64,000 bases of DNA from Halarcobacter sp. GTDB lineage: Bacteria; Campylobacterota; Campylobacteria; Campylobacterales; Arcobacteraceae. Position numbers and translations under genes: made by a program. Location: assembly GCA_963676565.1 (NCBI GenBank), contig OY781089.1, positions 2,080,001 to 2,144,000 on the forward strand, read 5' to 3'. The number at the start of each line of letters is the position of its first letter. The stretch's first letter is position 1. Under the pieces are notes generated by a model. It saw only the letters and a program-made list of their open reading frames with translations. It had not been told where the DNA came from and made no database searches. Of this stretch, positions 17,567 to 26,255 are shown piece after piece.

Positions 17567-19300
17567 ATGGGTAAACTAGTAGATATTTTTATTCCTGATT
17601 TAGGCGCAGACAAAGATGTAGACTTAATTGAAGTTATGGTTGAAGTTGGAGATAGTGTTGAAGAAGAAGATGGACTTATAACACTTGAAACAGAAAAAGC
17701 ATCAATGGATGTACCAACAACACATAGTGGAATTGTAAAAGAGATTTTAGTAAAAGTTGGAGATAAGATGAACTCTGGCGATTTAATTGCTAGAGTTGAA
17801 GTTGAAGAGGAGGGTGCTTCTGAAGCTCCTGCTGCTCCTCTTACTGAAACAAAAGAGGAGACTCCTGTAGCAGAAACTAAAAAGGAACCAGCTTATGAAG
17901 ATGGTTCTGGTTCTGTAATGGGAATTGAAGAAGCTGAAGCTGAATTAAAAGCAATTTCTGCAAGTGGTGCAGAGATTTCTTGCCAATTTGTAAATGAGCA
18001 AACTATTTGTTCAGTTATTGAAGAGGTTCATGTTCCAGATTTAGGCGCTGATAAAGATGTAGATTTAATTGATGTTATGGTTTCAGTTGGAGATACTGTT
18101 GAGTTTGAAGATGGTTTAATTACACTTGAAACAGAAAAAGCATCTATGGATGTACCAGCTCCATTTGCAGGTGAAATTTTAGAATTATTTGTTGAACCAG
18201 GAATGAAAGCAAATTCTGGTGATTTAATTGCAAAAATGGTTAAAACAGTAGTTATGGAATCAAAAGTTCCAACACCAGCTAAAAAACAAGAAGAGCCTAA
18301 AAAAGAAGAACCTAAAAAATCAGCTACTGTTCAAGAAGTAGCAGCTACTTCTGCTCCTGTTGCAAATGCAGTATTAACTGAAAAAGCTTCAAAAGTTTAT
18401 GCTTCTCCTTCAGTTAGAAAAGTCGCAAGAGAGTTTGGAGTTGACTTAGGTTTTGTTAAAGGATCTGGTAGAAAAGGAAGAATTCTTAAAGATGATATTA
18501 AAGCTTATGTAAAAGAACAATTATCTAAACCAGCTGTTGCGGCTGCTGGAACTGGAACTGGTCTTGGATTTAACTTCCCTGAGCTTAAAGAGATTGACTT
18601 TAGCCAATTTGGTGAAACTGAAACTGTTGAGTTAAACAGAATTCAAAAAATCTCTGGACCATCTTTACATAGAAATGCTGTATCAATGCCACATGTTACA
18701 CAATTTGATGAGGCAGACATTACAGAGATGGAAAGCTTTAGAAAAGCACAAAATGCAGTTGCTGAAGGGTATAAATTATCACCATTAGTATTTGTATTAA
18801 AAGCTGTTGCAAAAGCATTAGAGATTCATCCTAAATTTAATACATCATTAACTCCTGATGGACAAAGTTTAGTTTATAAAAAATATTTCCATATTGCTGT
18901 TGCAGTTGATACTCCTAACGGATTAGTTGTTCCAGTAATTAAAGATGTTGATAAAAAAGGTTTCAAACAAATAGCTGAAGAGTTAAAAGAGATTTCAGCA
19001 AAAGCTAGAGATGGAAAACTTAAATCAACTGATATGCAAGGTGCTTGTTTTACTATTTCATCATTAGGTGGAATTGGTGGAACTAAATTTACTCCAATCA
19101 TCAATGCTCCTGAAGTTGCAATTTTAGGATTATCAAAATCTGAAATGAAACCTGTATGGAATGGTGAAGAGTTTGTTCCAAAATTAATGTTACCATTATC
19201 TTTATCTTATGACCACAAGGTTATAGATGGTGCAGATGGTGCGAGATTTACTACAACTTTATCTAAGCTTTTAAGCGATATTAGATTATTAAGTCTATAA
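17567..19300 (+). CDS. aceF: Dihydrolipoamide acetyltransferase E2 with two lipoyl domains
   Basis: Two ETEKASMDV lipoyl motifs; ASPSVRK subunit-binding domain; catalytic DHKVIDG. Confidence 0.95.
   Translation: MGKLVDIFIPDLGADKDVDLIEVMVEVGDSVEEEDGLITLETEKASMDVPTTHSGIVKEILVKVGDKMNSGDLIARVEVEEEGASEAPAAPLTETKEETPVAETKKEPAYEDGSGSVMGIEEAEAELKAISASGAEISCQFVNEQTICSVIEEVHVPDLGADKDVDLIDVMVSVGDTVEFEDGLITLETEKASMDVPAPFAGEILELFVEPGMKANSGDLIAKMVKTVVMESKVPTPAKKQEEPKKEEPKKSATVQEVAATSAPVANAVLTEKASKVYASPSVRKVAREFGVDLGFVKGSGRKGRILKDDIKAYVKEQLSKPAVAAAGTGTGLGFNFPELKEIDFSQFGETETVELNRIQKISGPSLHRNAVSMPHVTQFDEADITEMESFRKAQNAVAEGYKLSPLVFVLKAVAKALEIHPKFNTSLTPDGQSLVYKKYFHIAVAVDTPNGLVVPVIKDVDKKGFKQIAEELKEISAKARDGKLKSTDMQGACFTISSLGGIGGTKFTPIINAPEVAILGLSKSEMKPVWNGEEFVPKLMLPLSLSYDHKVIDGADGARFTTTLSKLLSDIRLLSL
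17624..17854 (+). repeat. 231-bp direct repeat, copy 1 (aceF lipoyl domain 1)
   Basis: Identical by manual comparison to 19367-19597. Confidence 0.9.
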
Positions 19301-19309
19301 GGAATAAAC

Positions 19310-21085
19310 ATGGGTAAAATTATAGATATACTTATTCCTGATTTAGGTGCAGACAAAGATGTAGATTTAATTGAAGTTATGGTTGAAGTTGGAGATAGTG
19401 TTGAAGAAGAAGATGGACTTATAACACTTGAAACAGAAAAAGCATCAATGGATGTACCAACAACACATAGTGGAATTGTAAAAGAGATTTTAGTAAAAGT
19501 TGGAGATAAGATGAACTCTGGCGATTTAATTGCTAGAGTTGAAGTTGAAGAGGAGGGTGCTTCTGAAGCTCCTGCTGCTCCTCTTACTGAAACAAAAACA
19601 GAAACTTCAACAGCAAAACCACAAGCAACAGAAGTATCAGTATCTTCTGATGCAAGTGAAATAAAAGGTGAAGTTCTAGTTATCGGTGCAGGACCTGGTG
19701 GATATTCGGCTGCATTTAGATGTGCTGACTTAGGTTTAAAAACTGTTTTAGTTGAAAGACACCCAACTTTAGGTGGAGTTTGTTTAAATGTTGGTTGTAT
19801 TCCTTCTAAAGCTTTACTTCATGTTGCAAAAGTTATTGAAGAAGCAGAGCATATTGAACATGCTGGAATTAAATTTCCTAAACCAGAAATTGATTTACCT
19901 AGTGTTGCTGCATATAAATCAGGAGTTGTAAAAAGACTTACTGATGGTTTAACAGCAATGGCTAAAATGAGAAATGTAACAGTTGTTCAAGGAAATGCGA
20001 AATTTATCGATGAGAACAATGTTATTGTTGAACATACTGATGTTGAGGGTAAACAAACTAAAGTTAGTTTTGATAATTGTATTATTGCAGCAGGTTCTCA
20101 AAGTTCTAAAATGTCATTTATCCCACATGAAGATCCAAGAATTTGGGATTCTACAAATGCTTTAGAAGTAAAAGAAGTACCAAAAAGACTACTTGTAATG
20201 GGTGGTGGAATTATTGGTCTTGAAATGGGAACTGTTTATGAAAAATTAGGTTCTAAAGTTGATGTTGTAGTAAGAGGTCCTCAAGTTATGACAGGAACTG
20301 ATAAAGATATTGTTAAAATCTATACTAAAGCAAATGAAAAGAGATTTAACTTTATGTTTAAAACCCAAACACAAGCAATCATTCCTAAAAAGGATGGAAT
20401 CTATGTTGAGTTTAAAGGTGAAAATGCTCCTGAACCTCAAATGTATGATGCAGTACTTGTAGCAATGGGTAGAACTCCAAATGGATTAAAAATTGGTCTT
20501 GAAAATACTGGTGTTGAAGTTGATGACCATGGATTTATTTCAGTTGATAAACAAATGAGAACAAAGGTATCTAATATCTTTGCAATTGGAGATATTATTG
20601 GTGGTCCTATGCTTGCACATAAAGCTGTTCATGAAGGTCATGTTGCTGCTGAAGTTATTGCTGGACACAAAGTATTCTTTGAACCTAAACAAATTCCAGG
20701 AATTGCATATACTTTCCCTGAAATTGCAACTGCAGGTTTAAGTGAAATTGAAGCAAAAGAGCAAGGGATTAATTATGAAGTTGCTACTTTCCCTTGGAGT
20801 GCTTCAGGACGTGCGATAGCTTCTGATGTTTCACACGCTGGTATGACAAAGCTAATTTTTGATAAAGACACAGACCAAATTATTGGTGGAGCTATTGTTG
20901 GAGATAATGCTGGTGAATTACTTGGTGAAATCTCACTTGCCCTTGAAATGGATTGTGATGCAGAAGATATAGGTCTTACAATTCATGCTCATCCAACATT
21001 ACATGAATCTGTTGGAATGGCAGCGGAAATTTTCCATGGTAGTATTACAGACTTGCCAAATGCAAAAGCTGTAAAAAAGAAATAA
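19310..21085 (+). CDS. lpdA: Dihydrolipoamide dehydrogenase E3 with N-terminal lipoyl domain
   Basis: Lipoyl domain, GAGPGG, GGVCLNVGCIPSK, GGGIIG and HAHPTLHE motifs. Confidence 0.96.
   Translation: MGKIIDILIPDLGADKDVDLIEVMVEVGDSVEEEDGLITLETEKASMDVPTTHSGIVKEILVKVGDKMNSGDLIARVEVEEEGASEAPAAPLTETKTETSTAKPQATEVSVSSDASEIKGEVLVIGAGPGGYSAAFRCADLGLKTVLVERHPTLGGVCLNVGCIPSKALLHVAKVIEEAEHIEHAGIKFPKPEIDLPSVAAYKSGVVKRLTDGLTAMAKMRNVTVVQGNAKFIDENNVIVEHTDVEGKQTKVSFDNCIIAAGSQSSKMSFIPHEDPRIWDSTNALEVKEVPKRLLVMGGGIIGLEMGTVYEKLGSKVDVVVRGPQVMTGTDKDIVKIYTKANEKRFNFMFKTQTQAIIPKKDGIYVEFKGENAPEPQMYDAVLVAMGRTPNGLKIGLENTGVEVDDHGFISVDKQMRTKVSNIFAIGDIIGGPMLAHKAVHEGHVAAEVIAGHKVFFEPKQIPGIAYTFPEIATAGLSEIEAKEQGINYEVATFPWSASGRAIASDVSHAGMTKLIFDKDTDQIIGGAIVGDNAGELLGEISLALEMDCDAEDIGLTIHAHPTLHESVGMAAEIFHGSITDLPNAKAVKKK
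19367..19597 (+). repeat. 231-bp direct repeat, copy 2 (lpdA lipoyl domain)
   Basis: Identical to 17624-17854; offset 1743 bp. Confidence 0.9.
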
Positions 21086-21097
21086 ATTAATTATATA

Positions 21098-21121
21098 CCA
21101 CAAAGAGATTTCTCTTTGTGG
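21098..21121 (+). terminator. Hairpin after lpdA
   Basis: CCACAAAGAGA-TT-TCTCTTTGTGG 12 nt after the stop; no clear U-tract. Confidence 0.6.
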
Positions 21122-21140
21122 CAAATATTGGGATTAGAGA

Positions 21141-21530
21141 ATGCCTTTATTTACTAATAGATATCAAAAGACTTCATTTGTATATTCATTTATGTTGTCT
21201 TTATTGTATATTCCATTTTTGTTAAGTTTATTAGATATGAATCTTTTTATAAAAAATGAATTTTGGAATGTTTTTGTTTTTGTTACCTTTACTGTAGTTT
21301 TTATAACTACAATAAACTATAAGATAATGCTTTGTATGAAAAAAAGAGGTGTAAGATTTAACAATAGAGTTATATTTATACCTATTAATTTAATACTAAT
21401 GTATATAGTTTCCCTAGCTGTACCTTTTGAATATTCAAAAGATATTTTTTGTTTAACTTTATTATTAATATTAATACCATGGTTAATCTTTTTTAGAAGA
21501 GTTTACAGACTACATCAACTGACTTTATAG
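21141..21530 (+). CDS. Hypothetical membrane protein (about 4 TM)
   Basis: Four hydrophobic stretches; no recognised motif. Confidence 0.55.
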   Translation: MPLFTNRYQKTSFVYSFMLSLLYIPFLLSLLDMNLFIKNEFWNVFVFVTFTVVFITTINYKIMLCMKKRGVRFNNRVIFIPINLILMYIVSLAVPFEYSKDIFCLTLLLILIPWLIFFRRVYRLHQLTL

Positions 21531-21531
21531 A

Positions 21532-22506
21532 TTATTCAATTAAGAAAGTCTGGTTTTTACCGTTTCTTTTTGCTTGATATAATGCATAATCAGCTTTTTG
21601 GATTATAGTTGATAGGGTATCATTATGTTTGCAAGTTGTTATACCAAAACTTGATGTTAAATGTAAATCTCTACAAAAAGTATGTTCTTCAATAATATTT
21701 TTAAGTTTGTTTGCAATTTCAGCAGTTTTTTCCAAAGAATTTTCACTAATTATAATAAACTCTTCACCTCCCCATCTTCCAAAAATATCTCCTGTTCTAA
21801 TATTATATTTTATAATCTCACTAAATTCTACTAATACTTTATCTCCTTTTACGTGACCATAAGTATCATTAATTTTTTTAAAATCGTCAATATCAATAAA
21901 AACAATGCTTAATTTATTTTGAGGGTTTTTATTAAACTCTTCAATTTTTTCAAGCAAGAAACTATCAATATATCTTCTATTATATACTGAGGTTAATTTA
22001 TCTGTAATTGCTAATTGATTTAAGATAACATTATTGTTTCTGATTGATTTAACTTCTGACTTTAATTGCTTAAAAGATTTTCTACTTTTAAGTTTTTCCG
22101 AAATAGAAGTAATGGTTGATAATAAATCTCTATAATCTACTGGTTTTTGTAAAAATTTGTAAATACCTATATCAATAAGTTTCATTAATTTTTCTGACTC
22201 TGTATGTGCAGAAATTACTAAAATAGTTTGTTCTTCATTTATTTTTGAAATCTCTTTACATAAGCTAATTCCATCAAACCTAGGCATACTTAAATCGGTA
22301 ATTATCAAATCATAATAAGTTCCATTAGAACTATAATATTCTTTAAATCTTTTTAGACCTTCTTCTCCATCAACTTCAACATCTATATCTGAAAAAAAGT
22401 TTTCTAGAAGTTTCATAAGCTGGATTCTTACATCAAAATTGTCCTCAATAAACAGGACACTTAAAGTTTGTGTATGTTCTAATAGTTCTTTTAAGTTAGC
22501 TGACAT
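21532..22506 (-). CDS. Response regulator-diguanylate cyclase (REC-GGDEF)
   Basis: REC motifs (IEDN, ITDLSMP, ISAH, QKP); DIDDFKKIND, RTGD I-site and GGEEF. Confidence 0.92.
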   Translation of the reverse strand: MSANLKELLEHTQTLSVLFIEDNFDVRIQLMKLLENFFSDIDVEVDGEEGLKRFKEYYSSNGTYYDLIITDLSMPRFDGISLCKEISKINEEQTILVISAHTESEKLMKLIDIGIYKFLQKPVDYRDLLSTITSISEKLKSRKSFKQLKSEVKSIRNNNVILNQLAITDKLTSVYNRRYIDSFLLEKIEEFNKNPQNKLSIVFIDIDDFKKINDTYGHVKGDKVLVEFSEIIKYNIRTGDIFGRWGGEEFIIISENSLEKTAEIANKLKNIIEEHTFCRDLHLTSSFGITTCKHNDTLSTIIQKADYALYQAKRNGKNQTFLIE

Positions 22507-22508
22507 AT

Positions 22509-25346
22509 TTATACCTTTTTATCTAGTGGTAGTTCAATTTGGAAATTCGCACCATCTTCTGCATTTGATACTAGAAGTTTTCCATTACAATGTTCATTTA
22601 TTATGATTTTACTCATATAAAGGCCAAGACCAGTTCCATCCTTTTTTGTTTTTGTGGAGAAATATGGATCAAAAATCTTTTCTTTAACTGATTTATTAAT
22701 CCCCCCAGCATTGTCAATAATTTCTATAATTGCCTTTGAATTATTTTTTTTGTAGGTTTTCACTGTTATTTGTTTAGTTTTTATATTGTCATTTTCATTT
22801 AATGCATCTTCTGCATTTTTTAATATATTTAAAATAACTTGTTGTAATTCAGAAGGGTATGAGTATATCTCTATTGTTTCGTCTAATTGTTTTTCTAATC
22901 TTATTCCATTTGAGTCAAGGGCAGTATTAATTAGATACAAAGACTTATTGATAACTTGATTTAATTTAAAACAAACCTTTTCTTTATCTGTTTTAAAGAA
23001 GTTTCTAAAGTCATCAATTGTAGATGAAAGATGTTGTGAATATTCAGTAATAAGTTTTAGTTCATTATCGAAATATTTCTTATCAATATTATCACTTAAC
23101 ATCATTTTCAATATTAGATTATTTGTTGTTGCCGAAATAGCTGATAGGGGTTGTCTCCATTGATGTGCAATCATAGAAATCATTTCACCCATTTGAGCTA
23201 ATCTACTTTGTTGAACTAATCTTTGAGTATTTATCTCATTCTTTTTTATCTCTTCATTAACTCTTTTTTCTAGATTTGAATTTAAATCTTCAAGTTTTTG
23301 TTCAAGATTCTTTCTACTAGTAATATCTCTTAATACAGTATGTAAAAAAAGTTTACTTTCAATCTCAATTGAAGTAAATACAATTTCTGCCCATATATCT
23401 GATTGAGCAGCATCTGTTAAAACTAACTCAAAACTTACAACCCCATCATTTAATGCTTCATTCATATGTTTTTTTATGATTGTTTCTGAGATTTGGGAAT
23501 ATGGTTGCATAACAGGAGCTAAATTCTCAAGGGTATTATTGATTATTTCTGATTCATTAAACTTTAAAATCTTTAATGTAGCTTCATTACAGCTTGTAAT
23601 AATCCCATCTCTAATTAAAATAACACCATCTGCTGATTTTGTATATAAAGTTTCAAAAAGAAGTTTTTGTTTTTCTAATTCTTTTGTCTTTTTTTCAATC
23701 TCTTCATTTGCCAAGGTAAGATTCTTATTTAATTTATCTAACACATAGTGTCTATATGAAAAAATTAAAATCAAGAATAAAAGTGTAGATACAATTTCCC
23801 AAAAATATTCATAATCAACAATCGATTTATAATTTATAGATGAAGCTGTCCATTTACTAAATATCTCTCTTCTTTCTATTTGTGAAATATTATTTATAGA
23901 TTTATTTAAAATAGATAGTAGTAGTTTATTATCTTTTGAAACTGCCATATGAACTGTAAAAGGCATATTTGTGTATCTTGATATGTATAAATTTTTCAGT
24001 GCATAATTAGAGATATAATATGAAGCAATAGGTAATGGTTCTAAGGCAAAGTAAGCATTTCCTTTACTAACTGCTTCCAAAGATTCTCTATTTGTGTTAG
24101 TTTCAATTACTTTTAAATCAGGATGGGATGATTTTAAAACTTGGATTATTTTAGAGTCTTTTCTTTTGGCTATAGTTTTATCTAGAAGATCTTCTAAACT
24201 TGCTGCTACAGGTTTGTTTTTTTGAGTTATTATTGCTAGTTTATAACTTAAAAAAGGTTTTGTTACAGTTGCAAAATCAATTAAATCTTCACTTCTTGTA
24301 ACCGAAGAAATAAGATCACATTTGCCCCTTTTTAAAAAACTCTTAGCTTCTTCCCAAGACTTAGTTTTAACTGGCAGAAACCTCATATTAGTTTTATCAG
24401 TAATGTTTTTTAGTATATCAATTGAAATTCCCTGAAATTTACTATTTTCAAGAAATTCAATAGGTTTTAAATCTGCTATATTACACATTTTAAAGATTTT
24501 TCTTGAATTAATATATTTAATCTCATTGCTATTTAAAAAGTTTGAAGAGTTATTACTATTAAGTATATCTTTTACTCCAAACCATTTTCTTTTTAAAGCT
24601 AAAATCTCTTCATCAGTAACACTTTTTTGAGCCTTCTCCAAAATATCTCTTAATATAGTTTTATCTTTTGAGGTACCTATTCTAATTAAACTCACCATTC
24701 TATTATCATCAACATAGTTTGTAGGCACAACCCCTGAGATATTATTTAGGGTTATTACATAATCAATTACATTTTTCTTCCCAATAGTTGCATCTGCATT
24801 ACCTAAAGATAGAACTTTCAAACATTCTAATGTATCTTTAACTAATATTTGTTTTATTTTGGGATAATATTTTGCAATAGCTTTTTGTGCAAAAAAACCT
24901 TTAGGCATAACTAAAGTTTTACCCTCTAACTTTTCAAGACTATCTAAATATTCATTTCCTCTTTTTACATATATTGCATTTGCTGCTGTATGAAAAATTG
25001 AGGTAAAGGCTATTGTTTTTGCTCTTTGTTCATTTTTTGAGATATTAATTATTGCATCTATTTTATCTTCTTGCAACATATTCATAAACTCATCCCATGA
25101 AGGTCCAGTAATATATTTAACATCTATATTTAGCTTTTTAGCTAAAAGATTCATATAATCAATTGAAAAACCTTTCGGTTGGCCGTTTTCATTGAAGTTA
25201 TAAGGGGGCCAGTTAAGTTCATTGTGTAATCTTATTGGTGAATTGTTTTTTAAAAAATCTTTTTCTTCAGGAGTTAGATTTATCTCTTGTGAGAATAAAA
25301 AAATATTAGTTAATATTAGTATAAAGATAAGTCTTAAAAATTTCAT
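22509..25346 (-). CDS. Sensor histidine kinase with two periplasmic solute-binding (BvgS/EvgS-like) domains and PAS
   Basis: Signal/TM; NWPPYNF...GFSID SBP repeats; PAS; H-box IAHQWRQPL; NAEDA, DNAGG and GTGLGL motifs. Confidence 0.9.
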   Translation of the reverse strand: MKFLRLIFILILTNIFLFSQEINLTPEEKDFLKNNSPIRLHNELNWPPYNFNENGQPKGFSIDYMNLLAKKLNIDVKYITGPSWDEFMNMLQEDKIDAIINISKNEQRAKTIAFTSIFHTAANAIYVKRGNEYLDSLEKLEGKTLVMPKGFFAQKAIAKYYPKIKQILVKDTLECLKVLSLGNADATIGKKNVIDYVITLNNISGVVPTNYVDDNRMVSLIRIGTSKDKTILRDILEKAQKSVTDEEILALKRKWFGVKDILNSNNSSNFLNSNEIKYINSRKIFKMCNIADLKPIEFLENSKFQGISIDILKNITDKTNMRFLPVKTKSWEEAKSFLKRGKCDLISSVTRSEDLIDFATVTKPFLSYKLAIITQKNKPVAASLEDLLDKTIAKRKDSKIIQVLKSSHPDLKVIETNTNRESLEAVSKGNAYFALEPLPIASYYISNYALKNLYISRYTNMPFTVHMAVSKDNKLLLSILNKSINNISQIERREIFSKWTASSINYKSIVDYEYFWEIVSTLLFLILIFSYRHYVLDKLNKNLTLANEEIEKKTKELEKQKLLFETLYTKSADGVILIRDGIITSCNEATLKILKFNESEIINNTLENLAPVMQPYSQISETIIKKHMNEALNDGVVSFELVLTDAAQSDIWAEIVFTSIEIESKLFLHTVLRDITSRKNLEQKLEDLNSNLEKRVNEEIKKNEINTQRLVQQSRLAQMGEMISMIAHQWRQPLSAISATTNNLILKMMLSDNIDKKYFDNELKLITEYSQHLSSTIDDFRNFFKTDKEKVCFKLNQVINKSLYLINTALDSNGIRLEKQLDETIEIYSYPSELQQVILNILKNAEDALNENDNIKTKQITVKTYKKNNSKAIIEIIDNAGGINKSVKEKIFDPYFSTKTKKDGTGLGLYMSKIIINEHCNGKLLVSNAEDGANFQIELPLDKKV

Positions 25347-25411
25347 AGTTCACTTTTGATTTAATTTTTAATTATTGTAACAAAAAATAGTCTCTTAACT
25401 GTCTCATTGAA

Positions 25412-26149
25412 CTATAGAATTTTTTTATATTTTAACTTATATCCATGTCCATAAATTGATTCAAATAATTCATAATCAAGTTTTTGTTTTAATCTTGACA
25501 TTAGGTTTCTTACTCTTTTAGAGCTTGTTGAGTATTCATCAAAAATATAGTTTTCAATCTCATCATAAGTTTTTAATGACCCCTTAGTTGATATAAATAG
25601 GGTAAATAGCTTAATTTCTGATTTTGTTAATTTTATCTCTTCTTCATCTTTAAATAATAAAGAATCTTCTGTATTCCATAAAAAGTCATTTTCAAGATTG
25701 ATAATATGATTGTTTATTGTTTTTAGTTTGTTCTTTTCAATTATTTTAGATAAAGAGTTAGATATCTGATCTATTGAATATGGTTTTAATATATACCCAT
25801 CAATTCCAGCATTAATTGTTTGTAGAAAATACTCAGTATTACTATGGGCAGAAAAAATTAAAATAGGTATATCTTTATCAAGTTCTCTAATTTGATTAAT
25901 CATAGTTATACCATCTTTTACAGGCATCTCAATATCAGTAATAATTAAATCAAAAGAAGAAGATTCAAATTTGTTTTTTGATTTAAATAAATTAAGGCCT
26001 TCATTACCATTTGTAGCAATTACAATATTATCAAAAAATACATCAAGCATTTTTAATGTTTGATTTCTAACATCATTGTTATCTTCTATATAAAGGGTAT
26101 TTAGACTTTTTGTGATATCAATTATTTTCTTTAAATTATCATGGTTCAT
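25412..26149 (-). CDS. OmpR-family response regulator
   Basis: REC (ITDIEMP, LKP) plus winged-helix C-terminus (LTKSE...RLKQKL...YGHGYKL). Confidence 0.92.
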   Translation of the reverse strand: MNHDNLKKIIDITKSLNTLYIEDNNDVRNQTLKMLDVFFDNIVIATNGNEGLNLFKSKNKFESSSFDLIITDIEMPVKDGITMINQIRELDKDIPILIFSAHSNTEYFLQTINAGIDGYILKPYSIDQISNSLSKIIEKNKLKTINNHIINLENDFLWNTEDSLLFKDEEEIKLTKSEIKLFTLFISTKGSLKTYDEIENYIFDEYSTSSKRVRNLMSRLKQKLDYELFESIYGHGYKLKYKKIL

Positions 26150-26229
26150 ATTAATCCTCTTTATTTATATAATTATACTAAAAAAAAGTTAAATTATCTG
26201 AAAGATTATTATATTTTTGAAAAGAGGAG

Positions 26230-26255
26230 ATAACTAGGTCAAGAGACCTAGTTAT
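26230..26255 (-). terminator. Hairpin after ccsBA
   Basis: ATAACTAGGTC-AAGA-GACCTAGTTAT at the stop codon. Confidence 0.65.
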
